DNA from: Candidatus Atelocyanobacterium thalassae
Lineage (GTDB): Bacteria; Cyanobacteriota; Cyanobacteriia; Cyanobacteriales; Microcystaceae
Direction of reading: 5' to 3'
Assembly: GCA_051971635.1 (NCBI GenBank)
Contig: JBFPLN010000003.1
Location: forward strand, 192,001 to 256,000
DNA: 64,000 nt
In this document: positions 1-12,167 of the stretch, piece after piece
How positions within the stretch are numbered: the stretch's first letter is position 1
How the letters are laid out: each line of letters starts with the position of its first letter
Position numbers and translations under genes: made by a program
The notes under the pieces: model-generated
What the model was told of the DNA's origin: nothing
What the model saw: only the letters and a program-made list of their open reading frames with translations
The model's database searches: none

Positions 1-277
1 TATTATCGGCCCCAGTATGATTGGACCTAACTGTTGGATTTGCAGTAATGCTACTGTAGATAATAGCGTTATTTTTGAATATTCTCGATTAGGACCAGGG
101 GTTAGATTAGCCGATAAGTTGGTATTTGGAAGATATTGTGTAGATAAAACAGGAGCTGCAATTGATGTGCAAGCAGCAGCTTTAGATTGGTTGATTACAG
201 ACTCTCGCCAAACCATTCCTTATGATCACCAAAATCAACAAAAAGCTATTGCTGACTTACTTAATCAAGATCATTAA
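1..277 (+). CDS. Sugar-phosphate nucleotidyltransferase (mannose-1-phosphate guanylyltransferase-like), C-terminal part; runs in from the window edge
   Basis: Hexapeptide-repeat-like IGPNCWICSNATVDNSVIFEYSRLG and C-terminal LVFGRYCVDKTG..AALDWLITDSR typical of cyanobacterial NDP-sugar synthases; 3' end overlaps the convergent gene by 17 bp. Confidence 0.8.
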   Translation, partial: IIGPSMIGPNCWICSNATVDNSVIFEYSRLGPGVRLADKLVFGRYCVDKTGAAIDVQAAALDWLITDSRQTIPYDHQNQQKAIADLLNQDH

Positions 278-1508
278 AAGATTTATTGATAAGATATTTC
301 GCTATCTTTTTGGAGGCTCCTGATTTTCCCATACGGTTTTCCCCGTTTTTACTAAGATTATTTACTAATCTTTTATCGTTTAGTAATTTTCCTAAGGCCT
401 CACCAATATCTTCGGGTTTCTCAATTAGGATAATAGAGGGGCCTAATAAACGTGTTTGTCCTTCAGCAAATTGCTTAGTAAATTGTGGACCTTTACCAGG
501 GAATGAAATAACTGGTTTTCCTAAACCTACAAATTGTTCAGTAGCAGTTCCTGCCATAGCAATTCCTAACTGAGAAAATTGTAAGCATTCTTTGTAAGCG
601 GATTGCGTTAGAACTAAAGTAGCATTTTCTTTTTGAAACTGTAAAGCCTGAGAATCTTTTAAATTGATATAACTTTTGTCTAATATTTGATTTTTCCAAT
701 TATGTTTTATAAGTTCTTCTTGAAAAGGAATAAGGTTTAAATTAGGAGCGATAGCACTCAGAAAAAGAAAAGATTTTTTAGGAAAGATTTTTAAAATAGT
801 TTGAATTGATTGTAAAATCAGAGCCCAGTTACACCATGTTTCAGGAATTCTTGAACCAGGTAAAAGTAGAACAGTTGTTTCTTCTAAATAACTATCAGGA
901 TAGGTTGTTATTTTATCTGAAAAATCATCCATCATAGGGTTTCCTAAGAAATGAGCAGAAATTTTCAATTTATTTAGGTTAATTGCCGTTAAAGTATCCC
1001 TTACAAATACACCTCTACATTTATTAGATTTCATAAACCAGCGTTCCCAGGGATAGTATATCGAATTGAAGCAGCGATCAATTATTGAAGTTGAAGATAA
1101 CCAACCTTTTTCATCTTTAACATAGTATTCAGATTTGGCGACCCCAATAAAAGCAAAACTAGCATTACTTAACCAAGCAAAAAATAAAGGAAGAATGTCT
1201 CCAACTACTAATATTACTCCTCCTTTTTTCCCCCATTGGGAAACCACTTGATATTGTTGATATGTTAAGCTAATTAATCCTTTATTAACATCACGGAATA
1301 GTTCTGATATTTTTTGATTAAATCCCCCTGAAGGCATACAACCAACTTTACCTATAATCGGAATCTGACTTTTTTTAAAAGCATAGCCTTCCCCAACTAA
1401 AGGAAGTGCAACAATCTGAGAAACTTCAGAGTAAGTAATTAATTCTTTAATAATAGAAATAGCAATAGTATCTTCCCCATGTCCATTGCTAATTACTAGA
1501 ATTTTCAT
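261..1508 (-). CDS. Lipid-A-disaccharide synthase-related protein (GT-B fold, cyanobacterial family)
   Basis: SNGHGED N-terminal motif, LLPGSR, AMAGTATEQFVGLGKP, GPQFT. Confidence 0.85.
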   Translation of the reverse strand: MKILVISNGHGEDTIAISIIKELITYSEVSQIVALPLVGEGYAFKKSQIPIIGKVGCMPSGGFNQKISELFRDVNKGLISLTYQQYQVVSQWGKKGGVILVVGDILPLFFAWLSNASFAFIGVAKSEYYVKDEKGWLSSTSIIDRCFNSIYYPWERWFMKSNKCRGVFVRDTLTAINLNKLKISAHFLGNPMMDDFSDKITTYPDSYLEETTVLLLPGSRIPETWCNWALILQSIQTILKIFPKKSFLFLSAIAPNLNLIPFQEELIKHNWKNQILDKSYINLKDSQALQFQKENATLVLTQSAYKECLQFSQLGIAMAGTATEQFVGLGKPVISFPGKGPQFTKQFAEGQTRLLGPSIILIEKPEDIGEALGKLLNDKRLVNNLSKNGENRMGKSGASKKIAKYLINKSFNDLD

Positions 1509-1606
1509 AAGTTTTATTAAAATAGTTGACTAAAGTATATATTGCTATCCTCCTCTAAAATTTGTAATAATTTTAGATATTCTGCAATGTTTTATATATG
1601 AATGAG

Positions 1607-1652
1607 TAAGTTAAATAATTAATTTACTAAGTTAAATAATTAATTTACTAAG
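1607..1652. repeat. 21-bp direct tandem repeat, about 2.2 copies (TAAGTTAAATAATTAATTTAC)
   Basis: Exact copies at 1607-1627 and 1628-1648, followed by TAAG. Confidence 0.85.
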
Positions 1653-2173
1653 GTAATAAACGTTTCAGCTATTGTAGTATGACATCTCTGTTAGCTATTT
1701 TTAGATCAGCAATAAGATAATTTATTTCAAACATTTTCCAGACAATAGATTAATTTGTATAGTATAAAAAGTTGAGGATATTGTGGCATTGAAGTTGTCT
1801 AACATATTAATGTAATTGCAAAAGTTAAACTTTTTTACACTAAGTAATAGTTTTATTAAATTAAAATTAAGAGTGTTTATACTTATTATTATCTAGCCTT
1901 ACGCTATCATACTGCGTTATGTAATGAGAATATAAATAATATTAATATTTTTTAGATTTAGCTAAATTCTTTACTAATTGAATTTACTAGTTAAAATAAT
2001 TAACGTAATGAGTTTAACAAGTTAATTATTTTGTACCTGTTGAGCTAAAACTTCACTAATTAGTGTTTTGAAAACTTAATCTAAACAAAAGTTCAAGATT
2101 ATTTGCTTCGGATTTGCTAGAAGGTGATAAACTGACCTACTAGACACAAAATTTTTAATATTCAATGGTCTAA

Positions 2174-3394
<1,221 letters not shown>

Positions 3395-3435
3395 TCACAT
3401 AAGTCATCCTGGCAGATTAGCACTCCATCTTATGA

Positions 3436-3481
3436 AAAAGACCTCATTAGCCATAATATAAATTGGCTAATGAGGTCTTTT
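3436..3481. terminator. Bidirectional intrinsic terminator / 3' hairpin between sqdB and the methyltransferase
   Basis: Perfect 18-bp inverted repeat AAAAGACCTCATTAGCCA / TGGCTAATGAGGTCTTTT with a 10-nt loop. Confidence 0.85.
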
Positions 3482-3499
3482 ACAATCAAAAGTTGTTGA

Positions 3500-4438
3500 T
3501 TATTTTTTTACGGCATAAAACATTCCAAATTTACAAAGTCCTGTTCCAAAAGCTATACGCATTAGGAGTAATGTTGGAACTTCGCGTAAAGATTTGATAA
3601 AACCCATAATGCCAAAATACCATAAACCTTTAGGTCTTTTAATTCCTTGCCAAATAGAATCTAGCCATGAAGGAAGAGTTGATTCTGTCCAATCTTCCGT
3701 AATTACTCTTCTTTGCACTGAACCTGTCATTTCCAAAAGTTCTGAAAAACCCTCAATACTTGCGAAAGCTGGGTGAGACCACTGGTCTAAAAGTTGTTTC
3801 ATGACAATAGACTCTAAAATATTTAAAGGCTGTTCTCGATCATCACGTTGATTCCAATCAGCAACAACTAAGATACCATTAGGCTTAAGAACCCGAAGTA
3901 GTTCTTGAGCAAATTTCCTTTTATTAGACATATGAGGACCTGCCTCAATGCACCATACGACATCAAAACTAGCGTCAGAAAAAGGTAAATTCATGGCATC
4001 ACCAACCATAAATTTTGCATTTAGATCTGGGGGAGTTAGTTCTTTTGCACGTTTAACTTGTTTTGGACTAATAGTAACACCAGTAACATTAAAACCGTAA
4101 GCTTTTGATAATATACGGCTACTTCCTCCAATGCCACAGCCCACGTCAAGAACATTAGTTCCAATTGGTAATTTATTTAGTTTTCCCCAACGAGCCATTT
4201 CATGAACAAAATCAGACTTTGCCTTTAAGAAATCTTTCCTTTGAGGTGGTGAACCATAATGTCCTAGATGAATATGTTCACCCCAATAAAACTCTAGTAT
4301 ACCGTCTTCTGTCCATTGATCATAAGAGTAAGCTACTGATTCAGAGGATTGATAAGGACGAGCTGAAAGAAAATAAATCATACTAAAAACACCTGAAAAT
4401 GTCAATAGTATTCCAAAAATCACATACGGTAAATGCAT
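3500..4438 (-). CDS. MPBQ/MSBQ-type SAM methyltransferase (prenylquinone methylation; Sll0418-like)
   Basis: YDQWTEDGILEFYWGEHIHLGHYG, VLDVGCGIGGSSR, VADWNQRDDR, LLDQWSHPAF. Confidence 0.88.
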   Translation of the reverse strand: MHLPYVIFGILLTFSGVFSMIYFLSARPYQSSESVAYSYDQWTEDGILEFYWGEHIHLGHYGSPPQRKDFLKAKSDFVHEMARWGKLNKLPIGTNVLDVGCGIGGSSRILSKAYGFNVTGVTISPKQVKRAKELTPPDLNAKFMVGDAMNLPFSDASFDVVWCIEAGPHMSNKRKFAQELLRVLKPNGILVVADWNQRDDREQPLNILESIVMKQLLDQWSHPAFASIEGFSELLEMTGSVQRRVITEDWTESTLPSWLDSIWQGIKRPKGLWYFGIMGFIKSLREVPTLLLMRIAFGTGLCKFGMFYAVKK

Positions 4439-4941
4439 GACAATTATAAAATAGGGTTCTCAATAGTATTAATTTTTTACCAAACTATTATATTTATTTT
4501 TTTGGCCCTTAATTTTAAGATAAAAGCAACTACAAGATACTAATAAAAAATTATCCTGAAAAAATGTTTCTATACTTATCAAGTTGTTGTTTAATCAAAC
4601 TTTGGTAACTATTATACTATTAATTTAATTAATAATAGTCAATTATTTATTTTCAGCGGGTATTTAAAAATATGCTAATCAGTCAATACATTTATTTAAA
4701 TAAATATTTTTTTATATAAGTTTTTTGATTAACTATACTGACTTGGTTTTTTATAAAAAAATGTCGTATCATTTAGTCATAACACGCTTAAAATTCTTAG
4801 TTTTTAAACTATTTATTTACTTAGCAAATATAGAGATCAAGTTTTTTCACTACGAAAATTTTAAGATTTTTAATTATTAGAGCTGATAAAAACTTATATT
4901 TCGCGCAAGTACTCAACTATATTTATAACCTTTAAAATCCT

Positions 4942-6843
4942 ATGATTCCTCATAATAGTTTTGATTTTCAAGATGAATTCGACGTTATTGTTATTGGTGC
5001 AGGACATTCAGGCTGCGAGGCTGCATTAGCAACATCTCGTCTAGGATGCAAAACTTTAATGCTAACTTTAAATCTTGATCGTATTGCTTGGCAGCCGTGT
5101 AATCCTGCAGTGGGTGGACCTGCAAAATCTCAACTAGCTCATGAAGTAGATGCCTTAGGAGGAGAAATTGGTAAAGTAACTGATTTAACATATTTACAAA
5201 AGCGAGTTCTCAATGCTTCTAGAGGTCCTGCAGTATGGGCATTGCGTGCTCAAGTTGATAAGCGTGAATACTCTGCAACTATGAAATCAATTATTGAGAA
5301 TCAAGAAAATCTTAATATTCGTGAAGGTATGGTTACTGACTTAGTCTTGGGTCACAATGATGAAATTATTGGAGTTCAAACATACTTCGGTAGTTATTTC
5401 GCTGCAAAAGCAGTTATCTTAGCAACTGGAACTTTTCTAGGAGGACAAATTTGGATTGGAGATAAATCCATGGATGCTGGTAGAGCTGGTGAATTTCCTT
5501 CTATCAAACTAACTAATACTCTTAAGCAATTAGGATTTGAGATAGATAGACTAAAGACCGGAACTCCTGCGAGAATTGATAAACGGTCTGTAGATTACTC
5601 TAAATTGGAGCCTCAACTTCCTGATAAAGATTTAAGATGGTTTAGCTTTGATCCTAATTTCTGGGTAGAGAAAGAACAAATGAACTGTTATTTAACCAGA
5701 ACTACACCTGAAACACATAAGTTAATAAGAGATAATCTTCACTTGTCTCCTATTTATGGAGGATTCATGCAATCTAAAGGTCCTCGCTATTGTCCATCCA
5801 TAGAAGATAAAATCGTAAGATTTGCGGATAAAAATAGTCATCAAATTTTTATAGAGCCGGAGGGAAAGGAAACACCAGAATTATATATACAAGGATTTTC
5901 TACAGGGTTACCAGAAAATATTCAATCAGCGATGTTGAGGACCTTACCCGGTTTAGAAGAATGCACAATGTTGCGTCCTGCATATGCTGTAGAGTATGAT
6001 TTCTTGCCAGCTACTCAATGTAGTCCAACTTTAATGACAAAAAAGATCGAAGGTCTTTTTTGTGCTGGACAAATCAACGGTACAACAGGATATGAAGAAG
6101 CTGCAGCACAAGGAATTGTCGCTGGAGTCAATGCTGCAAAATTTGTCAGCAATGAACAAATGATCACCTTTTCTAGAGAGGAGAGCTATATTGGCACTTT
6201 AATTGATGATTTATGCACTAAAGATATAAGAGAACCATATAGGATGTTAACTTCTAGATCTGAATATCGTCTAATATTACGTTCAGATAATGCTGATGAA
6301 AGACTAACACCATTAGGGAGAAAGATTGGACTAATTGATGATTATAGATGGCATTTATTTCAAAAAAAACAAAAAAATATTCTTGAAGAAAAAGAACGTC
6401 TTTCCAAAGTTAGAGTAAAAGAAAAAGATGAAATAGGTATTAAAATTATTAATGATACTCAGCAAAATATTAAAGGAGCAATTACTTTAGCTGATTTATT
6501 ACGCCGTCCCAAATTTCATTATGAGAATTTAGAACAGTATGGATTAGGAAACACTAATTTAACTACTGGAGAAAAGGAAGGAGTAGAAATTAACATTAAA
6601 TATTCTGGTTATTTAAAACGCCAACAAAATCAGCTTGAACAAGTTAGGCGCTATGCCAACCGTAATTTGCCTGTAGATATTGATTATATGAGTATTGAAA
6701 CTTTATCAATGGAAGCAAGAGAAAAGCTTACTAAAATATCTCCACTAACTATTGGTCAGGCATCTCGTATTGCTGGAGTTAGTCCTGCAGATACTAACGC
6801 TTTACTAATATACTTAGAAATCAAGTCACGTCAGAATACTTAA
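4942..6843 (+). CDS. mnmG: tRNA uridine-5-carboxymethylaminomethyl synthesis enzyme MnmG (GidA)
   Basis: [13 protein letters not shown] motif, [37 protein letters not shown]. Confidence 0.97.
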   Translation: MIPHNSFDFQDEFDVIVIGAGHSGCEAALATSRLGCKTLMLTLNLDRIAWQPCNPAVGGPAKSQLAHEVDALGGEIGKVTDLTYLQKRVLNASRGPAVWALRAQVDKREYSATMKSIIENQENLNIREGMVTDLVLGHNDEIIGVQTYFGSYFAAKAVILATGTFLGGQIWIGDKSMDAGRAGEFPSIKLTNTLKQLGFEIDRLKTGTPARIDKRSVDYSKLEPQLPDKDLRWFSFDPNFWVEKEQMNCYLTRTTPETHKLIRDNLHLSPIYGGFMQSKGPRYCPSIEDKIVRFADKNSHQIFIEPEGKETPELYIQGFSTGLPENIQSAMLRTLPGLEECTMLRPAYAVEYDFLPATQCSPTLMTKKIEGLFCAGQINGTTGYEEAAAQGIVAGVNAAKFVSNEQMITFSREESYIGTLIDDLCTKDIREPYRMLTSRSEYRLILRSDNADERLTPLGRKIGLIDDYRWHLFQKKQKNILEEKERLSKVRVKEKDEIGIKIINDTQQNIKGAITLADLLRRPKFHYENLEQYGLGNTNLTTGEKEGVEINIKYSGYLKRQQNQLEQVRRYANRNLPVDIDYMSIETLSMEAREKLTKISPLTIGQASRIAGVSPADTNALLIYLEIKSRQNT

Positions 6844-6898
6844 TATTTATACTAAGAAAAACAGAAGTAGTTATTCTTAAAATTATTTCAACCAACTA

Positions 6899-8461
6899 TT
6901 AGCTACCTCCAGTTCCTAATAAGAAGAGACTTAATAGAGTTCCTGTATTCCAAAGACTATGCATTAGTATCGATGATAAGAGATTACGTGAACGTGTGTA
7001 AACGACACCTAAGATAATTCCTAAAGTTGTTAATGGTAGAATTTCAGAAACATTAAGATGTGCAGCAGCAAAAATTAAACTACTGACCCCAATCGCAGCC
7101 CATGGAGAAATATAACGAGTTAAAGAAGGTAACAAAAAACCTCGAAAAATTATCTCCTCATAAAAAGGTGCAGCAATAGCTGCGGTTGAATAAAAAATTG
7201 CCAAAGCAACTAAATCTTGGTTTTCTAGGACTAGGGAAAGTAAAGGATTACTTCCTCCTTGTCCACCCCAAAAATTATCATTAAGTAATGAAATGATAAG
7301 AACCAAAGGTAAAGCAACTAAATACCCACCAACTCCCCATATGATCCAATTACTAAAAATTTTAAAATTAAACAATTTTTGAGATAAAGGAAAGAAAGGT
7401 TTAATTGATATATAAAGTACTGAAATTCCTCCTATAGCCATTAGAAGGTAACTAATTAAAATATAGATAGCCTTACTTCTCAGACTTAAATTAATTAAGT
7501 TAATATTTAAAATAGTAAATAAGGCTGGCAAAATGATTTGACCAAAAAAGAAAAATCCTACAATTAAAACTTTCCAAGGAACTTCAATCGTCCAAGGTAT
7601 TTCCCATCTATAACTGCTATCCATACTCAAAATTGCAGTATCTTTTCTTAAAATTAGTTGAATCAGGGATAAAATGATAAACCCCATACCTATAACACTT
7701 CCTAAACTCGGAATTGTAGTAAGAAAACCTAATTTCAAAATTGCTGAATTTGAATCTTTCTCAGATCTTATTCGTAAATTTTGTAAATCTTTCTGCTTGT
7801 TCTCTACCTCATAAAGTTTTTTTAAAGAGTAGTCGCGAAACCAGCCATTTAAGTTTTCTTTTATATTTAATTCTGTATTAGCTGATGTTGCAAAACTATC
7901 ACTCCACAAATTTATTAAAATATCAGATATTTTGTTCAAAGAAGAAGAAGGTAATAGAAAATTATTAGTTTCCCAAATATTTAATGCTTGCGTTGTATTT
8001 CCTTGCGAAATCTCTAATAACCCTATCTTAATGTTCAAGTCATTAAGTGTTTTTTTCTGATTATTTATATCAGTTAATAGTTTTGTTCTATTACTAGAAA
8101 GTTTTAAAGACTTTAAGCGAGAAGTTTTTTCCGTTGTTTCAACTACATTATTATCAATTTTATTTAATTCAGCACTTAATTCATTTAATTTATTAGACGC
8201 AATATTATGTACTTCTTTATACTTTTTAAGAGCATTTAGATATGGCTGTTGTCCTGATATATATTTACTAATGTTATTAATTTTTTGGGGATCATTATGA
8301 AAAATATGAGAGGATTTAAGAACTAAATCTGTTTGATAGAGTTGAAAGTTAGATTGGGATTGCGGTTGATGAATGCTATCTACTAATGATAAAAATACTG
8401 GAATCAATGAAACTATTGTTATTATGGTTAATAGTATTTTTTTCATTTTCATAAATTTCAT
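6899..8461 (-). CDS. CPBP family (CAAX protease-like) intramembrane metalloprotease with a large periplasmic N-terminal domain
   Basis: C-terminal EEIIFRG, FAAAH and HSLWN motifs within multiple TM helices. Confidence 0.88.
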   Translation of the reverse strand: MKFMKMKKILLTIITIVSLIPVFLSLVDSIHQPQSQSNFQLYQTDLVLKSSHIFHNDPQKINNISKYISGQQPYLNALKKYKEVHNIASNKLNELSAELNKIDNNVVETTEKTSRLKSLKLSSNRTKLLTDINNQKKTLNDLNIKIGLLEISQGNTTQALNIWETNNFLLPSSSLNKISDILINLWSDSFATSANTELNIKENLNGWFRDYSLKKLYEVENKQKDLQNLRIRSEKDSNSAILKLGFLTTIPSLGSVIGMGFIILSLIQLILRKDTAILSMDSSYRWEIPWTIEVPWKVLIVGFFFFGQIILPALFTILNINLINLSLRSKAIYILISYLLMAIGGISVLYISIKPFFPLSQKLFNFKIFSNWIIWGVGGYLVALPLVLIISLLNDNFWGGQGGSNPLLSLVLENQDLVALAIFYSTAAIAAPFYEEIIFRGFLLPSLTRYISPWAAIGVSSLIFAAAHLNVSEILPLTTLGIILGVVYTRSRNLLSSILMHSLWNTGTLLSLFLLGTGGS

Positions 8462-8477
8462 CTAAATATACTGATGC

Positions 8478-10025
8478 TTATTTCTTTTTAGTTGAAACAA
8501 GACTAAATCCTGAAGCTTCTCCTAGCATCTTAGCATTAATTAACTTAAAATTTGGGGCTTTTGCATTCTCTAACAAAAGATAAGATGAGTTTGATGCAAG
8601 TATATCTAATTCATCTTTATTTTTAGATATTACTTGACGCTCACTATAGAAATCTAGGCTAGGCCGACTATATGCAAATGAAGTATAAACTATAGTATTA
8701 GGTGGAGTATTCTCTCTAATTAACTTGGCTACTGACTTTACAGGAAATGATTCATTCAATTCCCATAGCCAAGCATTAGAAATCATTAATAAAGCTAAAC
8801 TTATATATAATCCTGTTACAAGAAAAATAATAAAGCTAGATAATTTTTTATATAACGTGTGATTAGTCAATAAAATTGTTGCAAAAAATACAAAGAATAT
8901 AAATTGAAAAATAAATTCTTGTGGACCTCTGAATATGTAGATTCCTAATCCTAATAACAAGCAAACTAACACAAATATACTAATGACTAATACTTTAGAA
9001 CGATTTTTAGGATATAAATATAAATAGGATAGATTGTATCCAATACTTAAAGCGAAGAAAGGATAAATCGGCATTATGTACCAAGGTAGCTTAGTACCCA
9101 TGATAGTAATTATGAATAAAAATAAAAAAAATCCTGTTAATATTAATTGATTTAGACTTTTTTGATGCTTTTCCCAAGCTATAATTAATCCCCCAGGAAA
9201 AAATATCAACCAGGGAAAGCTGTATTTTATTAGTTCAAGTACGTAATACCAAGCCTCTCCTCTGTTACCTTCAACAGCAGTTGATAAACGCTCAAAATTT
9301 TGTTGAAAGAAGTGAACCTCAATAAACTTTTCTCCGTAGAAGTTAATCTGCAAACAATACCAGACAGCAACTGGACAAAACCCTATTAATAAACTTATCC
9401 AGAGCCAATTATTTCTTAAAAATTTATTATGATCATTTAAAATCATATAAATTCCTAAAATCCCTCCTAAAGCAATCGCTAAAATTCCTTTACTAAGTGC
9501 AATCATTCCTAGGCTTATGCCAAAACCTAATATCCACAATGGTTGTTTTTTTGATTTCAATAAAGATAAAATACAAAAAATTAAAAAAGTATTAATCATT
9601 CCGTCTATCATAGCCAAGCGTCCATGTCGTAGAACAGGAAGCAAAGTTAGATAAACTAAACTACTAAAAACTGCTGGAAGTTGTGTGTAAAATATATTTC
9701 TACCGACTAAGTAGAGCAGAGGGACACCAGCTGCAGTCAATAAAGCGCAAGGAAGACGAGTAGTAAATTCATTAACACCACCTAAGTGATAAGAAAAATT
9801 AATTAGCCAAATGATTAAAGGAGGTTTTAGTAAAAAAGGTTGGTTATGGTACTTAAGATAAAGCCAATCTCCAGACTGAAACATACTTCTAGCAACTGTA
9901 GCATAATATCCTTCGTCCCAATCTCTAAGTGGTAAATCTCCTAATCTAATCAACCAAATAAATAAAGCTAATATTAGTAAAAGTAAAAACCATGAAATAT
10001 CATTTTTAATATTTAGCCTAATCAT
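8478..10025 (-). CDS. ArnT/PMT-2 family (GT-C) polyprenyl-phosphate-dependent glycosyltransferase
   Basis: LRDWDEGYYA..KPPL motifs, GRLAMIDG, TKLPWY; multi-TM. Confidence 0.88.
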   Translation of the reverse strand: MIRLNIKNDISWFLLLLILALFIWLIRLGDLPLRDWDEGYYATVARSMFQSGDWLYLKYHNQPFLLKPPLIIWLINFSYHLGGVNEFTTRLPCALLTAAGVPLLYLVGRNIFYTQLPAVFSSLVYLTLLPVLRHGRLAMIDGMINTFLIFCILSLLKSKKQPLWILGFGISLGMIALSKGILAIALGGILGIYMILNDHNKFLRNNWLWISLLIGFCPVAVWYCLQINFYGEKFIEVHFFQQNFERLSTAVEGNRGEAWYYVLELIKYSFPWLIFFPGGLIIAWEKHQKSLNQLILTGFFLFLFIITIMGTKLPWYIMPIYPFFALSIGYNLSYLYLYPKNRSKVLVISIFVLVCLLLGLGIYIFRGPQEFIFQFIFFVFFATILLTNHTLYKKLSSFIIFLVTGLYISLALLMISNAWLWELNESFPVKSVAKLIRENTPPNTIVYTSFAYSRPSLDFYSERQVISKNKDELDILASNSSYLLLENAKAPNFKLINAKMLGEASGFSLVSTKKK

Positions 10026-11562
10026 TTTTATGTGACTTTACTAAGTAAATATAATACTTCTCATTATAGATGAAAGATTTCGTAAATTTTTTTAGTAATA
10101 CAATATCTAAATTTACGGAATATTTTGATAACGTATGATTCAAGATAAGCAAAACATCTTCACGTTTAGTCCGATCAATAAAATATTTTTCTATTTGATC
10201 TAAGATTTCCAAATCGTTAGTAATTTTGCGAGAACTGTTAAATAATACATAGCTACCCATTTTTTTTGTTTCAGGATAATGAATTTTTCTATTGAGATAA
10301 CCGCTTATGGGAGCAATAGTAAAGTCTTCACTACCAAAAATATAGTAATTGTCTAGATTATTTTGTTGAATGAAATTAGCTGCCATTTTGCTACTAGAAT
10401 ATGGAATAGATAGATCCCTACTGAAGGCAACTATTCCTGCTATTATTTGTAACCATAATATTATTCCTATAAGGTACTTCCGATGGGAGATAAGGAATTC
10501 TTTTATTTTGGAAGAAATATGTAAAAAACGAACAGGAATACTTTCTAAATATTTTTTATGTAACTGTACGTCACCATAATTACTTTCTATCCACAAGGAA
10601 CTTATAAAAATAATATATAAATGTCCATAGTGTCTTTGAGATCCTAAGAACTTAATATAAGTAAAAACAATAATTTCTAAACTTCCTATTAAATAGAAAA
10701 AGAGAGCCACTGGCTTTTGGCTAAGTGATAAAACAATACAGCTAAATAAACTAATAGATAAAAAAGAGAAAAAAATTAAGTCTAATATTTTGGAATCGCT
10801 TGGAATGATCACCATAATATAGCTACGCCATATTCTATTAATAGCTTGAAGTAAACGATTCATATCAAAATTTAAAAACCATTGGTTGGCACCACCTTGT
10901 AATGTGCTATCCATAGGAGGTAGTAATGTCAGAACTGAAATACTTATTCCTATCACTACTATTATTAACGATAGTAAAATATGATTTTTTTTTACTTCTA
11001 TTTTGTATCCTAAATATTTTTGAAAACAGTATTCAAAAATTAATGTAGCACTTAAAGCTATAGATATTAATAAACAATAAGCATTTGTATTAGCCATAAA
11101 AGCTAAGATAAAAGCTAAGATAATGTAGTTTCTATTCTTATGGAAGCATTTACAAAATAGAAAAATTGATAAAATTCCAAAAGAATAATTGCGACTAATT
11201 AAAGAATATTCATATAAGGGAAAATAGCCAAAACTGAATAATATTTTTTGCAATATATTAAAAGGAGAATATATAATAAAAATATATATTGTGGCAACAG
11301 ATATTAACCAATGAACAACTTGCATTATGATTGGATCTGCTGTAATTCTATTTAAAGCCCATAATAAGAGATACCACAACAAAGGATGTCCTTCATACTT
11401 AATACTTTCAAAAAAATCAAGAAAAGAGGAACTATCTCTCGCAATTAACCAACCATTTAATTCATCACGCCACATAGCATGGTTTAAAATTCCAATGAGT
11501 GTGATGAAAGAAAAAGTTATTATTAAGACTATTTCAATTCTCTTATTTTGTTTCGGAAACAT
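10018..11562 (-). CDS. Multi-TM membrane protein, probable GT-C glycosyltransferase
   Basis: HAMWRDE..W.IARDS, YEGHPLLW, YEYSLISRNY; overlaps the downstream GT-C gene by 8 bp. Confidence 0.65.
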   Translation of the reverse strand: MFPKQNKRIEIVLIITFSFITLIGILNHAMWRDELNGWLIARDSSSFLDFFESIKYEGHPLLWYLLLWALNRITADPIIMQVVHWLISVATIYIFIIYSPFNILQKILFSFGYFPLYEYSLISRNYSFGILSIFLFCKCFHKNRNYIILAFILAFMANTNAYCLLISIALSATLIFEYCFQKYLGYKIEVKKNHILLSLIIVVIGISISVLTLLPPMDSTLQGGANQWFLNFDMNRLLQAINRIWRSYIMVIIPSDSKILDLIFFSFLSISLFSCIVLSLSQKPVALFFYLIGSLEIIVFTYIKFLGSQRHYGHLYIIFISSLWIESNYGDVQLHKKYLESIPVRFLHISSKIKEFLISHRKYLIGIILWLQIIAGIVAFSRDLSIPYSSSKMAANFIQQNNLDNYYIFGSEDFTIAPISGYLNRKIHYPETKKMGSYVLFNSSRKITNDLEILDQIEKYFIDRTKREDVLLILNHTLSKYSVNLDIVLLKKFTKSFIYNEKYYIYLVKSHKND

Positions 11563-12146
11563 AAGCTCTTAATTTAAAATGATTTAAAAAATGTTAGTAA
11601 AAAAATAATACAGAAAAAAAACTATCAAAAAAAATGAACATCTTATAATATCTTTATTTTTATAATAAGAATATAGAATGTGATGGTTAATTTTTTTAAA
11701 TGCTATATTCTATCTTGGCGGAAACGGCATGTTTCTATTTAACTATTTTAATCAGAGAAATTAATTAATCTTTAAGACTTTCCTCCATAATTTTTCATAA
11801 TGCTAGCTAAAAATGTCACTGCATAATTTATTAAGACTAAGTTAAACGAACGTTTATAAAATTGTTCAAGTTAATAATTATTTTATAAGATAAAAATGTG
11901 TTTTTATAAATACATACCACCATCCTAGTTAGCTACTGAGAAGCTAATTTGTTAAATAGAAATTTAGTAGAAATATTTTCATAGTAAAAAAGACATAAAT
12001 TAATTCTTTTCTACCCATTCAGGACAAAAACCGCCATAATAAAAAGGTCAGAAAATAATTATAAAAAATTCTTTGTTACTGTAATAAGAATAGTGGAGAA
12101 TTTAAATATATTATCTTTGACTGTTAAAAATATTTATCAATCTCTT

Positions 12147-12156
12147 GGTGTGAGGA
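12147..12156 (+). promoter_or_regulatory. GGTGTGAGGA box at the PBP1A ribosome-binding site (putative Yfr1 sRNA target site)
   Basis: Complementary to the conserved Yfr1 loop ACUCCUCACAC; lies 11 nt upstream of in-frame GTG 12168; identical box precedes the porin gene. Confidence 0.75.
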
Positions 12157-12167
12157 AATTAAGAACT

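Noticed and set aside
1607..1652. Mini CRISPR array
   Set aside because: Repeats are directly adjacent with no spacer
6899..8461. 'Abortive infection' anti-phage system
   Set aside because: The Abi label for CPBP proteases is historical; this is a common cyanobacterial membrane protease in an envelope-gene context
11989..12040. AAGACATAAA, resembling my recollection of the NsiR4 sRNA 5' end
   Set aside because: Only a short AT-rich match, with no terminator hairpin and no NtcA box seen
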